Assembly (NCBI GenBank): GCA_964016885.1
Contig: OZ024754.1
Coordinates: 17,360,001 to 17,424,000 of the forward strand
Origin: Eledone cirrhosa
Taxonomy: Eukaryota
Length of the DNA stretch: 64,000 bases
Direction of reading: 5' to 3'
Each line of letters starts with the position of its first letter. The stretch's first letter is position 1. Shown here piece by piece: positions 25,687-37,466 of the stretch. A program made the position numbers and the translations under genes. The notes under the pieces are model-generated. The model ran no database searches. It was not told where the DNA came from and saw nothing but the letters and a program-made list of their open reading frames with translations.

Positions 25687-28296
25687 ATTTTTCAATGTTT
25701 GTACACATAATTGACCTCCTTTCCAACGCAAGAGACATACAGATACATATATATATATATTGATGTACAGTGGAGTGACATATATTATACTATATTATTT
25801 CTGTATAGCAATTCAAATTCAAATCAAAATCAAAATTAAAATTAAAACAAAATTAAAATACAAAATTAAAATACATTCGGCAGTTAACACAGATAATACA
25901 AGAGGATAGTTTGTCAGTCAAATGTAGTAGTTAGTGTATGCGTTAGTTACACGTGGGGCATGCAAGTGTGTCTCATTTATATATGATTATTGTGTGGCAA
26001 GGTGTTACATGTAATACAAGCACTTTAAGTGGGTAAGTAAGAGTATTATGGTGATTGTAGTGGTAAGGTATTTTTTGTATATAATAAAAAAGTATGTGTG
26101 CAGAAAAATAAAAATAAAAAGGAGAAGCAAAAGAAAGTTATGGTTTTCGTATCCACCACCATTTTCACGTTCAGGAAAAGTAATATATACTTTTTACATC
26201 CATCACATAAGTAACGATGAATCCGTATTGGATGTTTGATGCATTAAATTAAATTATTTTAGCTTATTGTGGCTCAGTGTTATTTAATCCAAATTTATAG
26301 AATAGGTTGATTCTGCTGCGAGAATTTACAGCGGTTTATTATCCGGAAGTAAGTGTGTAAATAAGGGGAGTTAATGCGTAAGGGGAGGTAACTAGCTGAT
26401 TTCCATAACTAAATTCATTGTTCTAACATACATTATAAGGCGCCTCAATAAGGTCCCTTATATAGACGGTTATATATTTATATCCAGTTTCCAATTTTAA
26501 ATACAGTCTACTCTATCATGATGTACTAAAGGTATCTATATTAGGATGATTACTCCATATCATACAGTGCTACAACTGAATACTCCATACAAAGAGCCAT
26601 ATATTTATATCAAAGTTCACTGAAAATGTAGTCTACTCTCAGAACATGTCAGGGGACCTATTAGAATTATGTCTACCTAACCCCTGGTAAGTTCTGGAGC
26701 AGCGTATGGTTGTTTGCATGGCAAAGCCAAATACATCTCTAGGGCAGACAAAAACATCCCTCATTTACAATGTCATTAATCTATCCATCAAGTTATACTT
26801 GCATATATAACTCACATACTATTCATACATAATTCATTGCACTCAACATATAAGTTAGACAGATCTCTTATGTTAATAAATTAATCTTATATATATCCAA
26901 TGTTATCACCCATACATATAAATACAATTGCATATATAATTCATTGTCGAATCTGGTATTTAAAGCTTATATAGACTATATTGTATCACTATATAATTAT
27001 AAGTAATTGAAAGTAATTATACTAAAAGTAGGTGTTTATGGGGATATTTCTAGGGTATAAAGTTATAGATAGATGGAATGATTTGTGTCGAGATAGGGTG
27101 GATCAGAGAGTGTGGAGTTGTGGTGTAAGGTGTGCCCTTGAGGTGTGGTGTTAGAAATGGAGATGGCTTCAAGTTTGACATTGTTATATATTGGGTTTAA
27201 AGTTTTGGAAGGAGTGCCGGAAGCGGTGCTGGCACGACGAAAACACTTCCGATTTTTTATTAAGGAGGTTATGGTTTGAGAAGATTATAATATGGGTCTC
27301 TAGTAGACAGAGGTTACAGAATTTATTAGGTGGTTTGTATGATGCCGCCTTACCTATCACTTCCCATTTAAGTGTATAAGATCTATTTCTAGTTTTTAGA
27401 TAGTGTATGTAGCTAGATAGTGAAGTGGAGTTGTCTAGACTGTGTTTTTTGAAAGAATGGAGGTGTGAATTGTATCTGGTTTTGAAGCAGTTCGAAGTAG
27501 AGCCTATATAGGTTTCAGAAGAGTTGCTAGTTATGACGGTGCATGAGTATATGATGTCCTTGATTAAGCAGTTTTTATCTAAAGGGCAGGTTCTATTAGA
27601 TCTACTGTTACAATTATTTTGGATGTTAACCTGCCGGTTATTATGTTGTGTAGAAGTCTGGTTGCTAGGTATTGCATTATGGCTATGGGGGTTGTCGCTC
27701 CCAGCGTTATTGATTTCACTAGTGCTATTACTATTATTACTATTGACATCAGGGTTTGCAGATATAACGTTGTTTTGAAGGTTTACCCCCTACCGTGTTT
27801 TAGTTTGTTGGAAGTAAGTATTAATTTTTCTTTTATTGCTACTAGCTATGTGGTATGCTATGTTAGGCGTGGTAGAGTAGAAGATTTTAATGGTGTTTTT
27901 GTTTATAAGAGTATGGTACTTGTGGCCAGATGGGAAGTTTTTATCCAGGAGTGAGAAGAAAGCCTTAGGTAGGTTGGTAGAGACGTTTAGATTGAAAAAT
28001 GTATTATTTCTTCTTCTATTTTTGTTTTTTATGTCTGGTGAGATGCTTCCGTTTATGGTATTTTGGTGACCTCCCTGGTGTGGGTTATGTTTGTTGCCAC
28101 CCTTCGTACTAGTGTGTGTGTGGTTATTATTTTTATTACTATTTTTCCTCATGGATATATTGTGCGAAATAATGTTGTAACTAGGTGTTTTTGTAGGTAG
28201 GAACTCAATCTCATTATTATGGCCTGATCTAGCTAATGCCTGATTATAATATTGCGTTGGAAAGGAGGTCAATTATGTGTACAAACATTGAAAAAT

Positions 28297-28341
28297 GCTC
28301 CGAGGACTTCAAGCCTAGGTTTGGATGAAACAATTGTAAGT
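28297..28341 (+). ncRNA. Type I hammerhead, U4C variant (inverted-pLTR copy)
   Basis: GCT-CCGAGGA-CTTCAAGCCTAGGTTTGGAT-GAAAC-aatt-GTA-AGT. Confidence 0.6.
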
Positions 28342-28586
28342 GAATAAATGTTTTGAACATAGCTTTGATTCTTGCAAATTCTATATAACTGCTCTGTAGA
28401 ACAACTGATGTTATTACATTGAGCTATTTATCTTAGTGGTAATAAGGTAGTAATAAATTACTGACCTTCACTGTTTAGGGTTTTTAAATATATACATAAC
28501 TATAAAAAGTTTTAGTATATACATAACCATAAATAGTATCCTTAATATTTTATATATATATACATAAATCAGGAGCGAAGGGTCCG

Positions 28587-28840
28587 TGCATGCGCTGCAT
28601 GCAGTGCATGCAGCGCATGCAGTGCATGCACTATAGAATCTTGAGTTGATCAATTGCGTCGGTTGAAGCAAGCAGAATTTTGGCTGCTTACTAAAACGTA
28701 TAGACATAAAAAAGATAACACACACACACCCACACACACAAACATACGCACAAACACACGACAGCTTTGGAGCAAGCAGAATTTTGACTGCTTACTAAAT
28801 CGTAGACACATAAAAAGATAACACACACACACACACTAGA
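28587..28840. repeat. (TGCATGCAG)-like array plus a ~104-bp-period tandem duplication
   Basis: AAGCAGAATTTTG(G/A)CTGCTTACTAAA..CGTA..GACATAAAAA..GATAACACAC at ~28670 and ~28774. Confidence 0.8.
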
Positions 28841-28973
28841 TAACACTACATGCGGCTTTGGTTGGGAGGGTCATTTAGAGGGAAATGGGGGGGGGGGGTA
28901 AGGCTGCACAGCCCCACTTTCCGCCATGGCGATTAGACTGCATGCCCTATTTTCCAGGTTACCCTTCGCCACT

Positions 28974-29026
<53 letters not shown>

Positions 29027-29182
29027 ATGCTAATTATTGTGAAGACTAAATTTCCGAAGAGTGCTCGATATATATAAAAAATATATAAAACCACAGAAAC
29101 GAAAATCAACCAAACAGTGAGTGTGTTCTGTTATTATTTCTGGCAACAATATTATTACAACAATATGACCCTCCCCAATTAT

Positions 29183-29349
<167 letters not shown>

Positions 29350-29496
29350 ATTAGAATACTGGAGCGTGTTTGAGTCAAACACCCTCTTCGTATTATAGAA
29401 ATGACTGTAAAAGGTATAGCTCAATGCAGTTAAACAGAGCCAAAAAATTAAGAGAGTAAAACAAAGAATCCTTTAATACATCAAAAGTTTTTATTA

Positions 29497-29534
29497 GCCG
29501 ACAATGTTTCGTCCTATTACGGACTCATCAGGGC
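29497..29534 (-). ncRNA. Minimal type I hammerhead ribozyme
   Basis: Minus strand GCC-CTGATGA-GTCC-gtaata-GGAC-GAAAC-att-GTC-GGC. Confidence 0.9.
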
Positions 29535-30260
29535 AATCAAAACAACAAGAGGTAATTTCGGCAGATACAAGCCAGAAACTCTGAAGAATGTGGAGTGTAC
29601 ATACACTAATGTCTTGCAAAGATATACGATAATAAAAATGAAAATAAAGATAAAAATAATAAAATTATAATAACTAAGGATGTAGATAACATTAAGAACC
29701 ATATTACAAATATAGTCCAAAGCCACCAACTTAAATCTAAACAAATTTGGTTATATAGAGCAGGAATTATATATAACACAATATAATACATTATAATAAT
29801 AATATATTTATACCAACATTAAAATTCCAAATTAAAAATCAAAAGGTACAATATATACATGTATATATGTGCGCGCGCACACACACACACACATATTACA
29901 ATACACATATCTATTTTCTATTACACAGAAATTAAGCCCTATTAGAAGTTTGAATATTAAAAATAAGCATGGTAATAGTGAAAATAATACTAATACATCT
30001 ACCCAATATACATGAGGCAATAATATGATATAATTACAAGAAAGACTTATAACAAATAATAAACAACAAAATTATATAATTCAATACAATATAATAAAGT
30101 AGAATAGATAATCCCCGGTTAATTTACAGAAACAATATAGATGTCACAGTGAAATACAATGATAAAATGTTAACATTATATTAACAATTACCATAAACAA
30201 TATGTACAAAATGATTCATACTGGGTTACATAATAAATGAGGAAATATAAATCATATAAT

Positions 30261-30447
30261 TGTTTCTACTTTAGGCACAAGGCCAGCAATTACCAGTGCA
30301 TTACTGGTACTTTATTTTATCGACCCCGTAAGGATGAAAGGCAAAGTCAACCTCGGCGGGATTTGAACTCAGATGGTAAAGGGACGTAACTACGCTGGAA
30401 AGCATGGCGTCCGACCCTCTACCGATACTGCCAATCCACCGCCCTTT
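30261..30447 (-). mobile_element. Major SINE inside the PLE 3' UTR (left arm)
   Basis: Mirror of 35974-36160, with the same TSD. Confidence 0.9.
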
Positions 30448-31668
30448 ATATAAATCATATAATATAATACAATAATACTCAAAAAAACTATATTGGTACA
30501 GGGAACAATTATGATGTTACAGAAAAAATATGATGTTACAGAAAAAAATATACAGACATCTAACATGATATGTAAAGTCTAAATATCATAATGTTACATA
30601 TTACAATATTAAAATATTAAAAAATCCAGACATCTTACATGATATATAAAGTTTAAATATCATAATGTTATATATAATAAACGGTAAGTAATAAGGATCT
30701 ATATCATAATGTAATATATTTTAAAAATTGGCATAAAATATATAAATACTTATAATTACAAGGTTAGTAGACAGACATGTGTGGATGAGTGAGCGAAGCC
30801 AGACAGTGAATAGTAAATAGAATATAGAATAAAACAAATAAATACAATCAACCGGAAATTACAAAACAAAGCAAATGTATACACATTTAGGCCTCGCGTG
30901 CATTAAGAAATTTGGTAAACACCAAGGAAAGCGATCATTTTAAATGACTCCAAACCCTATCTGATAAATTAATATTAAAAATATCCATCCGATAAGGTAG
31001 TATAAAATTAGCTATAGTTTAAGTCATTAAAGTATATAAACTTTAATATTTCGTTACAAATGTTTACAGAAAGGAATAAAATTACACTATCATATACGCA
31101 ACGATATCTAAAAAACTGACTTAAGTAGAGTTAAGGTAGGCTAATGGGGACAGAATTGACAAAATATATGGAGGGTGCGAAGTGGCATAAAATATATTCG
31201 ATATACTATAATAAATAATAGAACAGAGCATAAAAGAGGGGGGGGTTTAATATAATCATATTCAATCTGGAGGGGTTGACAATAAGTTTATGTTGCATGG
31301 GGGGGAATGGGGGAGGGAGAAGGGGGGGGGGGTTGTCGATAGATAAATCAGAATAGACTTAGAAATAAAAATAGAATTAAAATTAAAAATAAAAATAAAA
31401 ATAAAAATAAAAATAAAAATAATGTTAAAATTAAAATTAAAGTTAATGATAATAAAAGAATATATAAAGATAATAAGAGAATGACGTAAGTGGCATAAAG
31501 TGTGTAATCTTATGTATACTAACAAGGTGTAATAGTGAAGACATAGATATGGTACAGTGGCCAAATGATTATGAGAGCTAGAATGAAGAGTCATCAAAAA
31601 CCAATGATAACATTAGTGTTGGCAAACAAAAGAACCCAAACAAAAAACTAAGTAATGGAATATATCTG

Positions 31669-32454
31669 CTAATGGGTACGATTTGTACTACTAGAACATT
31701 TGGGTTTATAATAAAAGTAAGAATTAGAAATGGCATGGGGGCAAGAAGAGAATATCTCAGACTTTCTATTCAGTAAGGGTACGCTAGAGAAAATAATAGA
31801 GTGTGTCTCAAGTATACAGAGATTACAAAACTTACTATGTGCAGAAAGGTGGTTAGATCGTGCTACTAAACTCCAGTTAAGGCTATATGGCATATAAGCT
31901 CCCTTAAGATCCCAGATATAATGCGCTAGAGAGGTAGAATTCTTAAACCTAACATGTTTGAAGTTAGAGATATGAGAGTTACACCTAGTCTTAAAAGTGT
32001 TTGAAGTAGATCCTATATACATTCTTTTAGAGGAATTAGTTATAACCTCTCAAGCATAGACAATGTTCTTAGAAAGGCAGTTACCGTTTAGAGGGCAGTT
32101 AGCACTCACTCTACAATTGCACTTCCGGGTGTTATTGGTTGGCTCGAGTGGTGAGGTATTGCACGTAGGACCTCTATTAGATAAGGACTGTTCTGGTGGT
32201 AAAGCATTGTCCGATGAATTCAGACTAGTAGTATGTAGAGAGGAGAATCCATCCCTAATTTTCCTATTATTAGTGCTAGCTAAATGAGAACTAATATTAG
32301 GGGTGGTAGAGAATGAGAGTTTAATAACATTTTTATTAAAAATACCATGGTATTTGTGAGAAGGGGGGAAATTTTTCTCCAGGATAGTGAAGAAAGACCT
32401 AGGGATATTAGTTGATACATCCTGATTATATGGCGGGTTGAAATAAGTATTCAA
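31669..32454 (-). pseudogene. PLE linker + GIY-YIG endonuclease (one in-frame TGA at ~32050)
   Basis: YFNPPY, HKYH, CNCRVSANCPLNGNCL..NIVYA, MYIGSTSNTFKTR..H, CNLC, CPH. Confidence 0.9.
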
Positions 32455-32559
32455 TCGCCTTCTATCGCCAGTATTCTAATCCTTGTAACTGCTCCCGATA
32501 GGTTGAGCTTACTCACATATATACTGGCATTTTGGCCTCTATATATTTTATCTGACAGT

Positions 32560-34746
32560 ATGCTGACAAAGAGTTACTTGCCTTTATCTCTGAAAAATAT
32601 TCCCACCCCCTCTTTATCAGTCCTGACAAAGAGTTACTTGCCTTTATCTCTGAAAAATATTCCCACCCCCTCTAAGAATACTTACCAAAAACTACTGATA
32701 GCTAGTGTTAACTCCTTTGTAAAAAGGATTAGATGGCGTGCGTTTCACTACGATAGTAATAAGAATAGGAAGGACCCCAGGATTAGAACAAATTTTAATA
32801 GCTACGGCTTCAAAACGTATAAGAGCCCACCACACAACATACTATTAGACAGTTTCGAAGGTGACTTACTCTCTCTGGTCAAAAATGTTAGGTTTAGGCC
32901 AAATTATAGACATAGAAACAATAGTAATTTTGATAAATTCCAGTCCAGACTTAAAAATATTGTTAAGGGTTTCGGTGAGAATAAGTCCATTCTGGTCCCG
33001 GCAGATAAGACTAAGAATCTATACTCCATGGACTATAGTACATACCGCGATTTTATTTATAAAGAGTTATATAGAAACTATAAAAAAACTACGCTTGAGA
33101 ATTTGAACCACATCAATAGTGAGGGCCTTAGAATAGTCTCTGACCGCGGACTCGATAAGTATACCCAGCCATATTACCCTCGAGAACCGAGATTCACACT
33201 TAAGGACCATAAGGTTGATTTTATTAGTAACCCCTCAGTTAGACTTATCTGTCCTTCTAAGTCGGATATAGCCATTATCAGTAAAAAAATCCTTGACCTT
33301 ATTATACCAGATGTTAGGGATAAGGTTAATTTTAACTTATGGGGGAACACTAGGGAAGTTATAGATTGGTTCTCTGGGATTAATAGACTTGAATCTAATA
33401 AGTTTATCCAATTCGATATTGATGCCTACTACACATCAATTTCACCCATCCTCCTCAATAAAGCCTTAATGTTGGCCATGAGAGTGTCCAGCCTTACACG
33501 ATCGCAGGTAGATATTATACTAGCAGCCCGTAAAACTATTATTAAATTTGAGGACACTTTTTGGACCCGTAAAAACACGCCCAATAATTTCGACGTTACA
33601 ATGGGTTCGAGCGATTCGGCCCAGGTTACTGATCTTGTTGGGTTGTTCCTCCTTAATGAACTATAGGCTACCTTCCCGCACCTTGTAGGCGGACTATATC
33701 GTGATGATGCATTGTTTGTAATTAACTCTAGTACCAACAATGTAGAACGTAATAAGAAGAAGCTTTATAAGTTTTTTAATAGCTACAACCTTTCAATCAC
33801 GATAGATAGAAATGATAGAGCGGTTAACTTTTTAGATATGACTTTGGACTTGGCCACTAATAGTTTTAAACCCTTCCATAAGCCTAATGAAATTCTTTCT
33901 TATGTTAGCCCCAATTCTAACCACCCTAAGTCTATGATAAACTCTATAATTAAGGGCGTTTCTAATAGGATTTCCACACTATCTAAGGACATAGGAACTT
34001 TTAATGAACATGCGGAGTACTACAATAACGCCCTAGCAAATTCAGGTCACTCTAGTAAAATAAATTATAATAATAGTAACTTTAGAAAGTCTCCGCTTAC
34101 TCTTAATAATAATAACATTATATCACATAACATGGCTATGAATGGGTGTAGCAAACTTAGTAACCGTAGAACTTATATAGGAGTATCTGAACCCACCCAT
34201 AAGTTATCCCACCGGACTCGTAATAGCAAATATAATACCTCTAAGAGACAAGTCGAGCCCCCTGTGCGCTCACGCATTGGTGTTGGTTTGGCTGGATCTT
34301 ATTCTAGTAATGTTGCTCCTACTGATCCTATCATTGGCCTTAATCCTCTTGTAGGGATTCTCGACAACAGCGGATCTACTAGAGGTGGAAACTATAATAG
34401 GCATAACGAAATTATGGCTGATTCTATGAATGTGGCTTCAACTATTCCCGATAGTAACCCTAGTCTCGACGGTGGGACATTTGATAGAGGTAGGGTCGAT
34501 AAGAATAAAAATAAAAATAGAAGGCGATTGAATACTTATTTCAACCCGCCATATAATCAGGATGTATCAACTAATATCCCTAGGTCTTTCTTCACTATCC
34601 CGGAGAAAAATTTCCCCCCTTCTCACAAATACCATGGTATTTTTAATAAAAATGTTATTAAACTCTCATTCTCTACCACCCCTAATATTAGTTCTCATTT
34701 AGCTAGCACTAATAATAGGAAAATTAGGGATGGATTCTCCTCTCTA
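32560..34746 (+). pseudogene. PLE reverse transcriptase ORF, single in-frame TAG at 33664, endonuclease deleted
   Basis: SLKNIP, ADKT, RLICPSKSDI, FIQFDI, MGSSDSAQVTDLVG, YRDD, NFLDM, SNHP; the two listed ORFs are in the same frame; 60-bp tandem duplication at the start. Confidence 0.9.
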
Positions 34747-35973
34747 ATCGTACCCATTAGCAGATATATTCCATTACTTAGTTTTTTGTTTGGGTTCTTT
34801 TGTTTGCCAACACTAATGTTATCATTGGTTTTTGATGACTCTTCATTCTAGCTCTCATAATCATTTGGCCACTGTACCATATCTATGTCTTCACTATTAC
34901 ACCTTGTTAGTATACATAAGATTACACACTTTATGCCACTTACGTCATTCTCTTATTATCTTTATATATTCTTTTATTATCATTAACTTTAATTTTAATT
35001 TTAACATTATTTTTATTTTTATTTTTATTTTTATTTTTATTTTTATTTTTATTTTTATTTTTAATTTTAATTCTATTTTTATTTCTAAGTCTATTCTGAT
35101 TTATCTATCGACAACCCCCCCCCCCTTCTCCCCCCCCCCATGCAACATAAACTTATTGTCAACCCCTCCAGATTGAATATGATTATATTATGCTCTGTTC
35201 TATTATTTATTATAGTATATCGAATATATTTTATGCCACTTCGCACCCTCCATATATTTTGTCAATTCTGTCCCCATTAGCCTACCTTAACTCTACTTAA
35301 GTCAGTTTTTTAGATATCGTTGCGTATATGATAGTGTAATTTTATTCCTTTCTGTAAACATTTGTAACGAAATATTAAAGTTTATATACTTTAATGACTT
35401 AAACTATAGCTAATTTTATACTACCTTATCGGATGGATATTTTTAATATTAATTTATCAGATAGGGTTTGGAGTCATTTAAAATGATCGCTTTCCTTGGT
35501 GTTTACCAAATTTCTTAATGCACGCGAGGCCTAAATGTGTATACATTTGCTTTGTTTTGTAATTTCCGGTTGATTGTATTTATTTGTTTTATTCTATATT
35601 CTATTTACTATTCACTGTCTGGCTTCGCTCACTCATCCACACATGTCTGTCTACTAACCTTGTAATTATAAGTATTTATATATTTTATGCCAATTTTTAA
35701 AATATATTACATTATGATATAGATCCTTATTACTTACCGTTTATTATATATAACATTATGATATTTAAACTTTATATATCATGTAAGATGTCTGGATTTT
35801 TTAATATTTTAATATTGTAATATGTAACATTATGATATTTAGACTTTACATATCATGTTAGATGTCTGTATATTTTTTTCTGTAACATCATATTTTTTCT
35901 GTAACATCATAATTGTTCCCTGTACCAATATAGTTTTTTTGAGTATTATTGTATTATATTATATGATTTATAT

Positions 35974-36160
35974 AAAGGGCGGTGGATTGGCAGTATCGGT
36001 AGAGGGTCGGACGCCATGCTTTCCAGCGTAGTTACGTCCCTTTACCATCTGAGTTCAAATCCCGCCGAGGTTGACTTTGCCTTTCATCCTTACGGGGTCG
36101 ATAAAATAAAGTACCAGTAATGCACTGGTAATTGCTGGCCTTGTGCCTAAAGTAGAAACA
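35974..36160 (+). mobile_element. Major tRNA-derived SINE, full length, 16-bp TSD
   Basis: TSD ATTATATGATTTATAT at 35958-35973 and 36161-36176; A-box TGGCAGTATCGG, B-box GAGTTCAAATCC. Confidence 0.92.
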
Positions 36161-36886
36161 ATTATATGATTTATATTTCCTCATTTATTATGTAACCCAG
36201 TATGAATCATTTTGTACATATTGTTTATGGTAATTGTTAATATAATGTTAACATTTTATCATTGTATTTCACTGTGACATCTATATTGTTTCTGTAAATT
36301 AACCGGGGATTATCTATTCTACTTTATTATATTGTATTGAATTATATAATTTTGTTGTTTATTATTTGTTATAAGTCTTTCTTGTAATTATATCATATTA
36401 TTGCCTCATGTATATTGGGTAGATGTATTAGTATTATTTTCACTATTACCATGCTTATTTTTAATATTCAAACTTCTAATAGGGCTTAATTTCTGTGTAA
36501 TAGAAAATAGATATGTGTATTGTAATATGTGTGTGTGTGTGTGCGCGCGCACATATATACATGTATATATTGTACCTTTTGATTTTTAATTTGGAATTTT
36601 AATGTTGGTATAAATATATTATTATTATAATGTATTATATTGTGTTATATATAATTCCTGCTCTATATAACCAAATTTGTTTAGATTTAAGTTGGTGGCT
36701 TTGGACTATATTTGTAATATGGTTCTTAATGTTATCTACATCCTTAGTTATTATAATTTTATTATTTTTATCTTTATTTTCATTTTTATTATCGTATATC
36801 TTTGCAAGACATTAGTGTATGTACACTCCATATTCTTCAGAGTTTCTGGCTTGTATCTGCCGAAATTACCTCTTGTTGTTTTGATT

Positions 36887-36924
36887 GCCCTGATGAGTCC
36901 TTAATAGGACGAAACATTGTCGGC
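36887..36924 (+). ncRNA. Minimal type I hammerhead ribozyme
   Basis: GCC-CTGATGA-GTCC-ttaata-GGAC-GAAAC-att-GTC-GGC; predicted cut after 36921. Confidence 0.9.
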
Positions 36925-36969
36925 TAATAAAAACTTTTGATGTATTAAAGGATTCTTTGTTTTACTCTC

Positions 36970-37068
<99 letters not shown>

Positions 37069-37074
37069 GTATAT

Positions 37075-37376
37075 ATAGTGTATTTTGCAATACACTGTAT
37101 GCTTAATTAAAAGCATTTTGAAGACCATACGCTATTGTTTTAAAATAGTGACAATGTCACTTATTTAAATTTTCAGTAAACAGGGGAGATAAACTGACAG
37201 AGCTCTGTTTCGTACTTATTGGTACTGAAAATTATGTGTGTGGGATTCCTATAGAATTCCAGTAATAATCAGGAACTGATTATACAGAGCGGTCGCTGGT
37301 TCGGCAGAAATTAAAAATTTTAAAACAGTAGTGTATGGTCTTCAAAATGCTTTACATATTGTCCAGGCATACAGTT
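37075..37376. repeat. Short fold-back of another (TA)n-anchored terminus, with partial HHR on -
   Basis: 37109-37145 inverted at 37318-37353; minus strand GAAACAGAGCTCTGTC; related terminus at 9880-9975. Confidence 0.55.
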
Positions 37377-37420
37377 TTTCCACGATTAGGCCTGTTGGCG
37401 GCCCGCGTTCCAAAATACCT

Positions 37421-37452
37421 TATCCTGTGCAACGGCGGGTACCACTGCTAGT
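37421..37452 (+). mobile_element. Helitron 3' terminus
   Basis: CCTGTGCAACGGCGGG hairpin ~8 nt upstream of CTAG|T. Confidence 0.55.
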
Positions 37453-37466
37453 ATATATATATATAT

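Larger units (their letters stand above)
25601..28383 (-). mobile_element. 5'-truncated PLE (endonuclease part plus long 3' UTR) with inverted pLTR
   Basis: Minus strand YYNQALARSGH, HKYH, YSTTPNI, CPLDKNCL..IIYSC, YIGSTSNCFKTRY; 25601-25731 is inverted-duplicated at 28252-28383. Confidence 0.9.
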
